The notes below the pieces were generated by a model. That model was not told the origin of the DNA and did no database searches. It worked only from the letters and a program-made list of their open reading frames with translations. From positions 62,001 through 126,000 of IMG/VR virus record IMGVR_UViG_3300005537_000001: a stretch of 64,000 bases of DNA, one strand, 5' to 3'. This document shows positions 30,241 through 40,765 of this stretch, piece after piece. The translations under genes and the position numbers were made by a program. Every line of letters starts with the position of its first letter. The stretch's first letter is position 1.

Positions 30241-31359
30241 ATGGACAAAAAGAAAGAAATTACCGTATTCATCGGTCGATTTTCCCCATTTCACAATGGT
30301 CACGCTGAAGTGCTCAAGCGGGCGCTGGAAACCTCACAAGTAGTTCTCGTGCTGGTTGGCAGCTCTGGGCAGGCACGGACCACCAAAAATCCCTTCACCT
30401 TCGAAGAACGCCGTCAGATGATTACCGACTACGTTCGATACCTAGGCGCGATATGGCGCCCTGGTCAGGGAGGTGAGCTAATTGTCGAACCAATCTACGA
30501 TCATCCCTACAACGACAACAAGTGGATTGAAGGCGTCCAAGCCGTTGTCAACAGGGTAAAGGCAGAAAATACCAGCCTTCGTGGACTGTCAAACTGGTAC
30601 AATTATCTTACCGGCTCAGATCGCGACGCAACTACCTGGTATCTCAACGCCTTCGGTGATTTCTTCGAGAAGGACCTTATCACCAACCATTCAGCTGGAT
30701 TAGACTTAAGCGCGACAAAGATTCGTGACATTCTATTCAACACGGAAACGCTGGTTGAGCTTGAAGTCAAGCTGAATAAGCTTGTACCGTCATCGACTCT
30801 CAGCCACCTGATCGCGTTCGTGGATCATCACCCAGCATATTCGGAGCTGGCGAAGGAATACCTGTACATTGAAAGGTACAAGGAGAGCTACAAGCTGGCT
30901 CCCTATCCGGTAAGCATTCAAACCGTCGACGCGTGCGTGATTCAATCCGGACACGTGCTTGTCTGCGTTCGCGACAACTTCCCCGGCAAGGGGCTTTGGT
31001 GCCTGCCGGGTGGACATCTTGACATTGATCTCGGAGAACGCCTCCTTGACGCGGCCATCCGTGAGCTCACGGAGGAAACTCGAATCGAGCTTTCAAAAGC
31101 GCAGCTTTATGGCTCCGTGCGTGACAAGGAGGTGTTCGATCATCCCGGCCGCAGCCTCAAGGGTCGAGTTATAACGATGGCCTACCTCTTGAAGCTGGAC
31201 GATACGAAACCCCTACCGAAGGTGAAACCTCAGAAGGGAGAGGTTAAGAAGGTAATGTGGTTGCCGATCGCCGAAGCGCTGTCGAGCAAGAACATGGACA
31301 AGTGGTTCGACGATCACTATTCGATTTTGGAAACCCTATACGGGCGGATTAAAAACTGA
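30241..31359 (+). CDS. nadM: bifunctional NMN adenylyltransferase/Nudix ADP-ribose pyrophosphatase
   Basis: GRFSPFHNGH; Nudix box GG...GE....AA.REL.EET. Confidence 0.92.
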   Translation: MDKKKEITVFIGRFSPFHNGHAEVLKRALETSQVVLVLVGSSGQARTTKNPFTFEERRQMITDYVRYLGAIWRPGQGGELIVEPIYDHPYNDNKWIEGVQAVVNRVKAENTSLRGLSNWYNYLTGSDRDATTWYLNAFGDFFEKDLITNHSAGLDLSATKIRDILFNTETLVELEVKLNKLVPSSTLSHLIAFVDHHPAYSELAKEYLYIERYKESYKLAPYPVSIQTVDACVIQSGHVLVCVRDNFPGKGLWCLPGGHLDIDLGERLLDAAIRELTEETRIELSKAQLYGSVRDKEVFDHPGRSLKGRVITMAYLLKLDDTKPLPKVKPQKGEVKKVMWLPIAEALSSKNMDKWFDDHYSILETLYGRIKN

Positions 31360-31398
31360 GAGAACGACTCTCAGGTCATTCACGATAAGGAGCTTATC

Positions 31399-32889
31399 AT
31401 GGCAGCAAAAAGAAAAGAATTTACGGTCGAGCAATACCTCTCTCCTTCCAAGAAGGATATTGAGTATATGCAGCCGGATCAGTTGAAAATCAGCTTGATC
31501 TGCCGCATGGACAGCTACAAGTTTGCGCACCCCTTCGCTTACCGTAAGGGAATTCAGGCGATGAGCGCCCACATGCTGGCGCGAGTCAAGAGCCACGTTA
31601 CGATCATTCCAGCCGGAATGCAACTGCTGACCAAGAAGTATCTAACGCAGCGCATCACGATGGCCGACGTGGACGCCGCAGAGCAATTTGCGATTGGTCA
31701 CTTTGGCCGCAAGCTCTTCGCTCGCGACAGCTGGGAAGGCGTTGTCAACGAGCATGGCGGAGCCATTCCCATCATCATCCGCGCGGTGCCGGAAGGTACT
31801 CGAATTCGCGGTGGGCAGCCGCTGTATTCAGTAACGGCGTTCGGTGAGCTGTATTACTGGATGTCAACCGCCTTCGAAACGCTCCTGCAGCGCGGTATCT
31901 GGTATCCAACGACCATCGCCACGATGGACTACGATATCAAAAATGATATTCGTATGTTCTACGAAGATACTGGCGCGGACATGGCGATGCTTCCATTCGC
32001 TCTCCACGATTTCGGTGCTCGCGGTGTGACCGCACCCGAACAGGCAGAAATTGGCGGTTTTGCCCACACGATTGGATTCATGGGTTCAGACAACATCGAA
32101 GGAATACTTACCGCAAACTTCTACTACAAGTGCGCGATGTCGGCTTTCTCGGTCTACGCTACCGAGCACAGCGTTGAGTGCTCCTTCGGGCTGGGTTCTG
32201 AGGATGAGGTTGAGTACATTCGACATCAGCTGCGTCAAGCTCCAGCTGGATCGATAGTTTCGATCGTCATCGACGGTAAGGATACCTACCGAGCAACCGA
32301 AGCGATCTGCACAACGCTTCGAGATGAGGTGATCGCGTGCAAGGCGAAGGTAGTTCTTCGCCCAGACAGCGGTGATATGCAGGAAATCGTTCCTCGCCTG
32401 CTCCGCCGGCTCGATCAAGCGTTTGGGCACGTCGTTAACAAGAAGGGCTTCAAGAAGATCAACTACGTTGGTATCCTGCAGGGAGACGGAGTCGATCACC
32501 TCGCGATTCGCAGCCTGCTTGGCAACATCATGTCGCGTGGATATTCGGCCGACAACGTTATCTTCGGCAGCGGAGGTGCGCTGCTGCAGAAGGTCAACCG
32601 TGACACCTACAAGTTCGCCCAAAAGGCGAGCGCCATGATGGTTGATGGGAAGTGGATTGGATTGGCGAAAGATCCCATCACCGACAAAGGTAAGAAATCG
32701 GAGGAAGGCGTGCTCACCTTGCTTCGCAGTCGAATGACCGGAGAGCTGATGACCGGTCGGTTGGACGATGGTCCATTCGACACCGAGTGGGAAGATGTTC
32801 ACCAGCTTGTCTATCACTGCGGCCGTCTCTTCAACGAGACAACCCTCGATGAGGTTCGCAATCGGGTTGAAGCCCTAGGAAACTACTGA
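31399..32889 (+). CDS. nadV: nicotinamide phosphoribosyltransferase
   Basis: DSYK..H, HDFG.RG, ATEHS, RPDSGD, QGDGV, FGSGG.LLQK..RDT. Confidence 0.93.
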   Translation: MAAKRKEFTVEQYLSPSKKDIEYMQPDQLKISLICRMDSYKFAHPFAYRKGIQAMSAHMLARVKSHVTIIPAGMQLLTKKYLTQRITMADVDAAEQFAIGHFGRKLFARDSWEGVVNEHGGAIPIIIRAVPEGTRIRGGQPLYSVTAFGELYYWMSTAFETLLQRGIWYPTTIATMDYDIKNDIRMFYEDTGADMAMLPFALHDFGARGVTAPEQAEIGGFAHTIGFMGSDNIEGILTANFYYKCAMSAFSVYATEHSVECSFGLGSEDEVEYIRHQLRQAPAGSIVSIVIDGKDTYRATEAICTTLRDEVIACKAKVVLRPDSGDMQEIVPRLLRRLDQAFGHVVNKKGFKKINYVGILQGDGVDHLAIRSLLGNIMSRGYSADNVIFGSGGALLQKVNRDTYKFAQKASAMMVDGKWIGLAKDPITDKGKKSEEGVLTLLRSRMTGELMTGRLDDGPFDTEWEDVHQLVYHCGRLFNETTLDEVRNRVEALGNY

Positions 32890-33092
32890 TGAATTCCATT
32901 GACCTCTGCGGGTTGATCAAGGGAATGAAGCTGCCGGCGGCGATAGCTGAAATCGAAAAGGCCGGGTGTACCGCGCGGTACACCTACCTTAACGGTAAGA
33001 ACCTGGTTGACAATGTAACGAGCGATTTCGTTGATACCCGCCTCAACCTTCGGGTTGAGCGCGACATCGTTAAGCACGCGAGAATCGGTTGA
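32889..33092 (+). CDS. peptidase inhibitor I78-like small protein
   Basis: VTSDF...RLNL.V...I...G. Confidence 0.5.
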   Translation: MNSIDLCGLIKGMKLPAAIAEIEKAGCTARYTYLNGKNLVDNVTSDFVDTRLNLRVERDIVKHARIG

Positions 33093-33250
33093 GCAAGAAG
33101 CCAAAATTCAAGAAGGTAACGATACCGGTAGGCAAGCGCTGCTTGTATTGCCGAGGTACCGGGCTGAAGCGAGCGTATGATCCGACGCGGACCGACGATT
33201 GCACGTGCTACTATTGCGCCGGCACCGGTTACGACGGAACCCGGTCATGA
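33055..33250 (+). CDS. DnaJ-type CxxCxGxG zinc-finger mini-protein (start uncertain)
   Basis: CLYCRGTG and CYYCAGTG; stop overlaps pnuC ATG. Confidence 0.55.
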
Positions 33251-33819
33251 TCCTCGAAATCGCAGCAAACGCTGTTACCGCGGCATCGATACTTCTCGCA
33301 ACTAGAAACAGCATTCATACCTGGTGGACTGGCATAATCGGCTCACTGCTGTTTCTCGCGCTGTTCTATCTCAACCAGCTCTACGCCGATTCGATGCTGC
33401 AAATTTTCTTCGTCGCTACCAGCTTGATGGGATGGTGGCAGTGGAAGCACTTTCGGGGTAAGAAAGTAGATAGGCCAATCTCCAAAACGGATGGTTCTAC
33501 CGCCATCATTATCTCGTGCTTAGCGATCGTAGCGACCATGGGATATGGATGGCTGCTAAAAACATTCACGAATGATTTTATGCCCTACGTCGATGCCGCG
33601 GTAATGGCGCTCAGCATAATCGCGCAGTGCCTGCTGATGCAGCGCAAGCTTGAAAGCTGGTGGGTTTGGGTAGTCGTGAATACCATCTCAATTCCTCTCT
33701 ACGCCTCACGTGGAATGTATGTTACGGCGGCGCTCTACGCTGCCTACTGGATCAACGCATGGATTGGAGCAGCATCATGGAAAAACATAGCGCGGTCTCA
33801 AATGTTGAGCGCGGCATGA
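33247..33819 (+). CDS. pnuC: nicotinamide riboside transporter
   Basis: W..GII, LYAD..LQ.FF...GW..W, DA....SI.AQ.L...K..E.W..W. Confidence 0.9.
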   Translation: MILEIAANAVTAASILLATRNSIHTWWTGIIGSLLFLALFYLNQLYADSMLQIFFVATSLMGWWQWKHFRGKKVDRPISKTDGSTAIIISCLAIVATMGYGWLLKTFTNDFMPYVDAAVMALSIIAQCLLMQRKLESWWVWVVVNTISIPLYASRGMYVTAALYAAYWINAWIGAASWKNIARSQMLSAA

Positions 33820-33966
33820 GCGAAGAAACGTGGCGGTGGAACGTCGGTGAAGGTACAGAGGAGCAGAGAAATCTCGCTCTCATCTACTGCGCGATGGATC
33901 ATCCGAATCCAGTAACTCGTCACGTCTGCCGTGAAATCTTGGCGCGGAAGTTAACGGAGAAATCAA

Positions 33967-34977
33967 GTGAAGACATACGGCCTAATCGTCGGTAAGTTCT
34001 CCCCGCTTCACCGCGGTCATGAGCACCTCATCAGTGAAGCTGAAAAACAGTGTGATAGCCTGTTGGTTCTGAGCTACTCGAATCCGGAATTTCGCAAGTG
34101 CGAGGCAAAGATTAGAAAAGAATGGTTGCAGGCACGGTTTCCTTCGGTTCGCTGCGTCGTTCTTGACCCGATTAATTTTCCATCGATGCCAGACAACCAA
34201 GCGAGCGACGCTGAACAGCAGGAATTTTTCAGCTGGATAGTCAACGACGTTTTGGAATATCCGGTGACCCACCTGTTCGCTAACGAGCGATGGGCTGAAA
34301 AGTGCGCACTAAACCTTTCGATTGGCGCGGGGCACCATGTAACAGCGGTAGCATTGGATCCACTGCGGGTGAAGAATCCGATCAGCGCGACATCCATCCG
34401 AGAAGCTCCACACCTCAACGCAAATTGGATGTCACCATTCGTTCGCGCGTCATACGTTACGCAGAAGATAGTTCTTCTTGGTGGTGAATCAACGGGTAAA
34501 ACGACTCTCGCGAAAGCCCTTGCTGAAAAATTCGATACCAGCTGGGTACCTGAATATGGCCGTGAGCTGTGGGAAGAAAAGAATGGTGAGCTTGTTTTTA
34601 GCGACATGTTGAGAATCGGTCATGAGCAGAAATTTCGTGAAAAGTATTTCAACATCGGCGCTAATCGCTATCTCTTCTGCGATACCTCTCCTCTTACCAC
34701 GATGGGGTACAGCATGTGGCTGTACGGTAAAGTTGATGACAAGCTCGTGAAGCTGGCTGAAGAACTATACGACGGCGTCATTTTTTGCCAGGCAGATTTT
34801 GCGCACGTGAACGACGGGACGAGAGTTGGGCATGATTTTCGAAGCATGCAGCAAGATTGGTACAAGCACGTCATTCCGAAGATGAAGTGCCCAATCATCT
34901 CGGTGACCGGTACCATTGAGGAACGCGTTCTTACCGTGACCAACTGGCTGAAGACATCCAACCACAATTGGAACTAG
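33967..34977 (+). CDS. nadR: NadR-like NMN adenylyltransferase/ribosylnicotinamide kinase
   Basis: GKFSPLHRGH; GGESTGKT; EYGR; DT. Confidence 0.92.
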   Translation: MKTYGLIVGKFSPLHRGHEHLISEAEKQCDSLLVLSYSNPEFRKCEAKIRKEWLQARFPSVRCVVLDPINFPSMPDNQASDAEQQEFFSWIVNDVLEYPVTHLFANERWAEKCALNLSIGAGHHVTAVALDPLRVKNPISATSIREAPHLNANWMSPFVRASYVTQKIVLLGGESTGKTTLAKALAEKFDTSWVPEYGRELWEEKNGELVFSDMLRIGHEQKFREKYFNIGANRYLFCDTSPLTTMGYSMWLYGKVDDKLVKLAEELYDGVIFCQADFAHVNDGTRVGHDFRSMQQDWYKHVIPKMKCPIISVTGTIEERVLTVTNWLKTSNHNWN

Positions 34978-34985
34978 GAGATAAA

Positions 34986-37194
34986 ATGAAGGCGATGATG
35001 CTCGCTTTACTGTTGATCGGTGCCGCTCAGGCGGATGAGCTTGATGAGGTAGTTGTAACAGCTTCGCGGCAAGGTATCCAGTCGCTCCAGAAGATACCAG
35101 CTTCCATCACGGTAGTTGACCTAAAGGCTGAAGGACGCCTTGGAGCTACCGATCTCAGCGATGTCGCTAATTCGATTCCATCTCTCACCATCGAGCAAGG
35201 TGGACCAGGGTTAAACAAGATTGACATCCGTGGAATTACCGTTGAAAATGCCGACGTTCTCAACAACATCGACAGCAGACCTCTTGTCGCGGTCTACGTT
35301 GACGATACCCCGCTCGCCCTCGACGGCTTCAATCCGGATCTTAAGGTATTTGACCTTGACCGCATCGAGGTGCTGCGCGGTCCTCAGGGCACCCTCTACG
35401 GTGCCAGCTCCATGGCCGGCACGATTCGCTACATCACGAAAAAACCGAATCCCCAGGAATATTCTGGATCCGATGAAATTACGGTTTCAGATACGGTTGG
35501 CGGCGGCGTCAACTACGGCATCAAGGCGAGCGTCAACCTCCCGCTCAGCGCTCAAACGGCGCTGCTACTAAGCGGATACAACGCGCGCAATTCTGGATGG
35601 ATCAACAACATTCAGAATGGTCAGAACGGTGAAAATTGGGATCGGTCAACTCAAGGTCGAGCCGCGCTGCGTTGGACGCCGTCTGACTATTTCACCCTCG
35701 ACGCGAGCGTTCTCTTCGAGGAGCTTAACACCGGTGGAAGCAACTTTTCCTTCTCGGGCTTGGGCAAGAACGAATACGCAAGCTTAACTCCAACTCCAAT
35801 CACCGACAACATGAAGGTGTACAACCTAACCGAAACGATTACCCCGGATTTCGGTACTATCATCTCCTCAACCTCGTACACCACGCGAACTACCGGTTTC
35901 AACGACCAGGGGCAGTACCTTTCGGAGCTGTTCTTCGGAGTAACCGAGCCTACCACCTACGTCAACCAGAACACCCTGTCGCAGTTCTCCCAGGAATTTC
36001 GAGTCGTTTCTCGCCAAGATCAGCGCACGCGCTGGATTGTTGGCACCTTCTTCAATCACCTCAGCCGCGTCAACTACCAAGATGACAGCGGCGTCGGTTT
36101 TGGGCAGTACATTGGCTTCGATCCTCGAACGATCGGTGGATTTACGGCGGACAGCGTTTTCTCTGGAACTCAGGGCGTTAGGGAACGCGATTTTGGCATC
36201 TTTGGTGAGGTTACGTGGGCGCTAACGGATCGCCTCGACTTTACGGCCGGAGCCCGCTACTTCAACTGGCGACAGCGCTTCAACCTGCAGTTTGGTGGAC
36301 CAGGTGGATACGGAGCGTACGATACCGGCAGCAACGTTGTCAACAAGCAGCTCATCGAGGACGTTGGAGCTAAGGCGCAGGGAGTCAACCCGCGCTTCAT
36401 CGTTAGCTACAAGCTTTCCGATGACGCTATCGTCTTCGCCGAGGCGGCTGAAGGATTTCGCTACGGTGGTGCGAACGAGGCGGTACCAAACGCCAACGTT
36501 CCTGGCGCGTGCGGTGGGCAGCTGCAAAGTCAATTTCACCTGACTTCAGCTCCACCGTCCTACGGCCCAGATCACCTGTGGAGCTACTCGCTTGGTGAGA
36601 AGTCGCTCTTCCTTGACGACAAGCTTCGCGTCAACGCGACCATCTTCCTCATCGATTGGAAGAACGTGCAGGAGGCTGCCTACCTCGGTTCTTGCTCGTA
36701 TACGTACACAACCAACGCTGGAACGGTTATTAGCAAGGGCGGAGAGCTGGAAGCGACCTACAAGCTGGCACGCTATCTTACGCTCGGAATTAACGGATCC
36801 TTTACCCATGCCGCGGCAGATGGTGCTCTTCCCAACGTTGGAGCTCAAAGCGGAGATCTTACTCCGTACAGCCCAGAATGGCTTGGAGCCGCAACTGTTG
36901 ATTACAAGCTTGGTTTCAGCCGGTTGAACGTTGAATATTCGTACCACGGTCGAAGCGGAACGCGCTTCGACCCAGCTGATCCCAGCTACGTAGTTCTACC
37001 AGCCTACAAGAATCTCAATCTGGCTGAAACGTTCGAAGTTCGGTAGGACGCAGGTTAGCTTGTTCTCGCGGAACGCGTTGAACAGCTCACAGGTAACGAT
37101 GATCTACCCGGATCTTCTCGGCACTCAGCCTGGAAATCAGGTAGCGTACGCCAGACCCAGAACCATTGGGGTTCGATTCTCACAGCAATTCTAG
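34986..37194 (+). pseudogene. TonB-dependent receptor with +1 frameshift near 37041
   Basis: signal peptide, EVVVTA, plug RIEVLRGPQGTLYG; 50-aa tail ...PRTIGVRFSQQF in next frame 37042-37194. Confidence 0.88.
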
Positions 37195-37272
37195 GAGCAC
37201 CTATGAACTTTTCTATCAAGCATCTTCCGAATGGTGATTTCGAAGTAATTTACCCAGCGCAACAGTAAGTTT

Positions 37273-37301
37273 GAAGGCTGAGAATTCTCAGCCTTCTTTT
37301 T
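37273..37301 (+). terminator. rho-independent terminator
   Basis: GAAGGCTGAG/CTCAGCCTTC stem plus T-run. Confidence 0.8.
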
Positions 37302-37364
37302 GCGCGGGATTTGACAGGTATCCCAAGGGGCAATAAATAAAACTGAACCCCTGGAGAACTTCCC

Positions 37365-38444
37365 TTGTCAAATCCCCGCCTACTTTTTATAGTCAAGCGT
37401 CGTGAAGACTATTCCGACGACACCTCATACTCCTACCAAGGTGTATCGACCGGCCTTTGGAACTCAGCTAGATTTGTCGTTGACATGCTCAATAGAAATC
37501 ACATTGAAGCAAAGCTTGTAGAAGTTATCGACAACAATTGCATAGACAGAGAAGTCTTCAACTACAAACCAACTGACGTCATCATTGAGGGCCTGTGGGT
37601 CGTTCCAGAAAAATTCGAAGTCCTTACCAAGCTCCACCCGACGGTAAAGTGGAATATCCGACTGCACAGTGATCTACCATTCTTAGCGAATGAAGGTATC
37701 GCTATGCAATGGATTACCGATTACGTAAAGTTTCCTTCAGTTTCGATATCGACGAATTCTCCTAGAATGCTTGACGAGCTAACATTCTTGCTAGATCTTC
37801 AAAACTATTGGTCAGATGAAGAGCTACGCGAGAAGGTTTACTACACACCAAATTACTACATGCCAGCCATCGTAAGCCCAGCTGATAAATTGTCTATCGA
37901 CTATAGGGATTACATTGACGTTGCCTGCTTTGGCGCAATTCGTCCTTTGAAGAATCAGTTGCTTCAGGCTATCGCCGCCCTAAAGTTTGCTGATGATCTC
38001 GGTAAAAATTTGAATTTCCACGTCAATGTGGGTAGAGTAGAAAATAAAGGAGATCCAGTTCTACGCAACCTCATCGATTTATTTGACTCAGTTAGCGCCC
38101 AAGGTCATACCCTTGTTATGCACCAATGGACCACACACGATAAATTCATCGAAATAGTTCGCAACATGGATATCGGATTGCAAGTCTCATTTACGGAAAC
38201 ATTCAACATTGTTTCTGCTGACCTGGTTGCATGTGGTGTTCCAATCGTCGTATCTAAGGAGGTCAATTGGGCTGTACCTCCACATGCTGATCCTACCGAC
38301 TCAAATGACATAGCGCGTAAGATGAAGCTCGTTTGGGAATTCAAGCGCTGGGATTGCATGAACCTGAATGCGTCTGCCAATCTCGATGCCCTGAAGGAAT
38401 ATTCTCGCAAGTCGATTAAGATTTGGAAGAAGAAATTCGTCTAA
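37365..38444 (+). CDS. GT-B (GT4-like) glycosyltransferase
   Basis: RPLKN and ETFNIVSADLVACGVPIVVS. Confidence 0.75.
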   Translation: MSNPRLLFIVKRREDYSDDTSYSYQGVSTGLWNSARFVVDMLNRNHIEAKLVEVIDNNCIDREVFNYKPTDVIIEGLWVVPEKFEVLTKLHPTVKWNIRLHSDLPFLANEGIAMQWITDYVKFPSVSISTNSPRMLDELTFLLDLQNYWSDEELREKVYYTPNYYMPAIVSPADKLSIDYRDYIDVACFGAIRPLKNQLLQAIAALKFADDLGKNLNFHVNVGRVENKGDPVLRNLIDLFDSVSAQGHTLVMHQWTTHDKFIEIVRNMDIGLQVSFTETFNIVSADLVACGVPIVVSKEVNWAVPPHADPTDSNDIARKMKLVWEFKRWDCMNLNASANLDALKEYSRKSIKIWKKKFV

Positions 38445-38473
38445 TTTACATCTGATTCACCGCGTGATATAAT

Positions 38474-39148
38474 GTGCAGATGGATGCACCTCTATCATTC
38501 AATGCTTTAGCAGCAGCTGAACGAACTATCAGTTCGAACGCGTTCTTTTACATCGTCGCCCACAACATCCTCAACCACACAGCACTTTCTGTTGTTAGGA
38601 TGGGTGATGGCGAGCGCCTTCTGCTCGATGCAAATGGCGCCGATGGTGAAATCATTCGCCGATTCGATGACGCATGGTTAGAAAGAATGGGTTTGACAGG
38701 GATGACTTATGGTGAGCTTCGGCGGCGATTGCAGCTCGCGGTAGACACCACTCAATATTTTGCGCCATCCATAACCGGCCTAGTCAACAAAAGTTTCGAT
38801 CTTCACTCGTATTTTTCCCATAAGAAGCTCGTGGACAATTTCTTTATCAACCAATGGGACGCTGCTCAAAAAGAAGAACTCTTGATGAAGGCCGATGGTG
38901 TCCTTTTAATTCACGCAAATGCTGAAATCGCTGACGCGATGCAGCGCAAGTATACCAGATTCAAAGTTTCATTCTTGAAACTGTCAATGTGGGATCAAAC
39001 TGAAGATGTGATCGCTAAATCGCGAACCAATCCTGCACAACTCGTTCTATTTTCTGGTGGCTGCGCTGGAAAATACATTGGTCCTGCGATCGCCAAGCAG
39101 GGAAAAGTAGTTATCGACGTTGGTAACTCGATGAGCGTTTGGCTGTAA
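38474..39148 (+). CDS. GT-D-fold glycosyltransferase-like protein
   Basis: SVVRMGDGE and VIDVG; promoter TTTACA-17-TATAAT at 38445. Confidence 0.65.
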   Translation: MQMDAPLSFNALAAAERTISSNAFFYIVAHNILNHTALSVVRMGDGERLLLDANGADGEIIRRFDDAWLERMGLTGMTYGELRRRLQLAVDTTQYFAPSITGLVNKSFDLHSYFSHKKLVDNFFINQWDAAQKEELLMKADGVLLIHANAEIADAMQRKYTRFKVSFLKLSMWDQTEDVIAKSRTNPAQLVLFSGGCAGKYIGPAIAKQGKVVIDVGNSMSVWL

Positions 39149-39217
39149 TCTACAGTTTACTTTCGCCTGAAACATGATAGTATTAGAATCACCACGTTAC
39201 TTGCAGGAACAACTATA

Positions 39218-39517
39218 ATGGGTAAATTGACTGTCAATCCTGATTCAGGGCTCTCTGATGTAGAAGTCAAGAAGCTCGAAAAGATCTTCGCGAAGCTGGA
39301 AGATAAGGTAGAAAAGCTCAAGCCCCTCGAAAAGGCTGCCGAAGAGTATTTCGATCTTCTCTATGAACTCGGTGAAGATATGAATGAGCTCTCTGAAGAT
39401 CAAGAGCACATCCTACTTGATGGTGACGAAGATTCATTCTACGTCAACGAGGACAACCCTTTGTCTGGCGCGTCAGGTACATTCGGGTTCTGGGTTCCAT
39501 CGTCGATGGAGTGCTAA
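39218..39517 (+). CDS. FW[IV]PSSM[ES]C-tail paralog 1
   Basis: ends FWVPSSMEC. Confidence 0.85.
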   Translation: MGKLTVNPDSGLSDVEVKKLEKIFAKLEDKVEKLKPLEKAAEEYFDLLYELGEDMNELSEDQEHILLDGDEDSFYVNEDNPLSGASGTFGFWVPSSMEC

Positions 39518-39518
39518 C

Positions 39519-39833
39519 GTGGCAAAGTTTACACTTACCGAAGGTTCAGAACTGACACCCGCTCAAGTTAAGCGGCTCAAGGCATCCTTCACGAGGATTG
39601 AGGCGAAGGCTGAGAAGCTCCGTCCGCTGGAAAAGAAGGTGATTGCCGCCAACGCGGTGATTGAAAAGTACCTCGAAAAGCTGTATGAGCTTGGTGAGGA
39701 ATTCCAATCTGAATTAAGCCATGATTCTGATCAATTTCTGGTGAATGGCGATGAAATCTACTTCGGCGATTATCCTGAAGCCGCGATAGCCAACGCCTTC
39801 GACTTCTGGATTCCCTCATCGATGTCCTGCTAG
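39519..39833 (+). CDS. paralog 2
   Basis: GTG start; ends FWIPSSMSC. Confidence 0.85.
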   Translation: MAKFTLTEGSELTPAQVKRLKASFTRIEAKAEKLRPLEKKVIAANAVIEKYLEKLYELGEEFQSELSHDSDQFLVNGDEIYFGDYPEAAIANAFDFWIPSSMSC

Positions 39834-39841
39834 GAGTGACC

Positions 39842-40132
39842 ATGTCTAAATTCACCATCAACGACAGCGCCAATCTCACCGCCGCTGAAACCGAAAAGCT
39901 TCAGGCCACCTTCAAGGAATTTGAAGAACGAGCCGAGAAGCTCAAGCCACTCTCCGAGCAAATCGAAAAGTATTTCGATGAGCTCTACACACTTGGCGAC
40001 GACATGAACAACGCGTTCGGTTCGTACGAAATCGACTACGGTGACCGAGAATTTTACGCCAACGTGGACAACCCGGTGGCTGGAGCGGCCTATACCTTCG
40101 ATTTCTGGATTCCCTCATCGATGGAGTGCTAA
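39842..40132 (+). CDS. paralog 3
   Basis: ends FWIPSSMEC. Confidence 0.85.
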   Translation: MSKFTINDSANLTAAETEKLQATFKEFEERAEKLKPLSEQIEKYFDELYTLGDDMNNAFGSYEIDYGDREFYANVDNPVAGAAYTFDFWIPSSMEC

Positions 40133-40135
40133 ACG

Positions 40136-40411
40136 ATGGCTATTTTCAAAATCAATAAAGATGCGAAGCTGACTACCGCTGAAGTCGATAAGCTGAAGGA
40201 AGCCTTCGTAAGCTTGGAGGCTAAGTATCAGGAAGTAAAGACCCTGGAAGCTCAAGCTAGTCAGTACTTCAGGTCACTCTACGAGCTGGGTGAGCAGCTG
40301 AGCGAAATTCGCGCCTATCGAGAAGATTACACGATGGACGGGGAGGAAGCTTGGGTTGGTGAAGCTGGATATCCGACCGGCTTTTGGGTTCCATCGTCGA
40401 TGGAGTGCTAG
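40136..40411 (+). CDS. paralog 4
   Basis: ends FWVPSSMEC. Confidence 0.85.
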   Translation: MAIFKINKDAKLTTAEVDKLKEAFVSLEAKYQEVKTLEAQASQYFRSLYELGEQLSEIRAYREDYTMDGEEAWVGEAGYPTGFWVPSSMEC

Positions 40412-40470
40412 TGTACTTTTGCCAGGTTTTAGTGTAAGATATCTTATCTAAACCGATGAGGGCTGAAACT

Positions 40471-40764
40471 ATGGCTGCATTCAAGATCAATGATAGCGCG
40501 AAGCTGACCGCCACCGAGGTCAACAACCTGCAGAAGGCCTTTGAGAAAATTTCGGCTAAGATCGAGGAGGCAAAGGCCCTCGAGCGGCCGGCGCGAGATT
40601 ATTTTAGCGCTCTCGAAAGCATCGGTGAACAGCTGATCGAGCTTCACAAGTACTCCGATGATATCACCTACAACGATCACGAAGTTTGGATAGACCAGGA
40701 TAATTACTACGGCACCGCCCAGAGCGTAGTGCGATTCTGGATTCCTTCCTCGATGAGCTGCTAA
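40471..40764 (+). CDS. paralog 5
   Basis: ends FWIPSSMSC; own promoter at 40411-40440. Confidence 0.85.
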   Translation: MAAFKINDSAKLTATEVNNLQKAFEKISAKIEEAKALERPARDYFSALESIGEQLIELHKYSDDITYNDHEVWIDQDNYYGTAQSVVRFWIPSSMSC

Positions 40765-40765
40765 C

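Noticed and set aside
15401-36947. Long antisense ORFs (15401-15868, 16898-17662, 32086-32817, 36222-36947)
   Set aside because: Shadows of codon-biased sense genes
39218-40764. CRISPR-like repeats or palindrome TCCATCG-T-CGATGGA
   Set aside because: The repeats are the coding tails of paralogs, spaced about 300 nt apart; the palindrome is in only two of five
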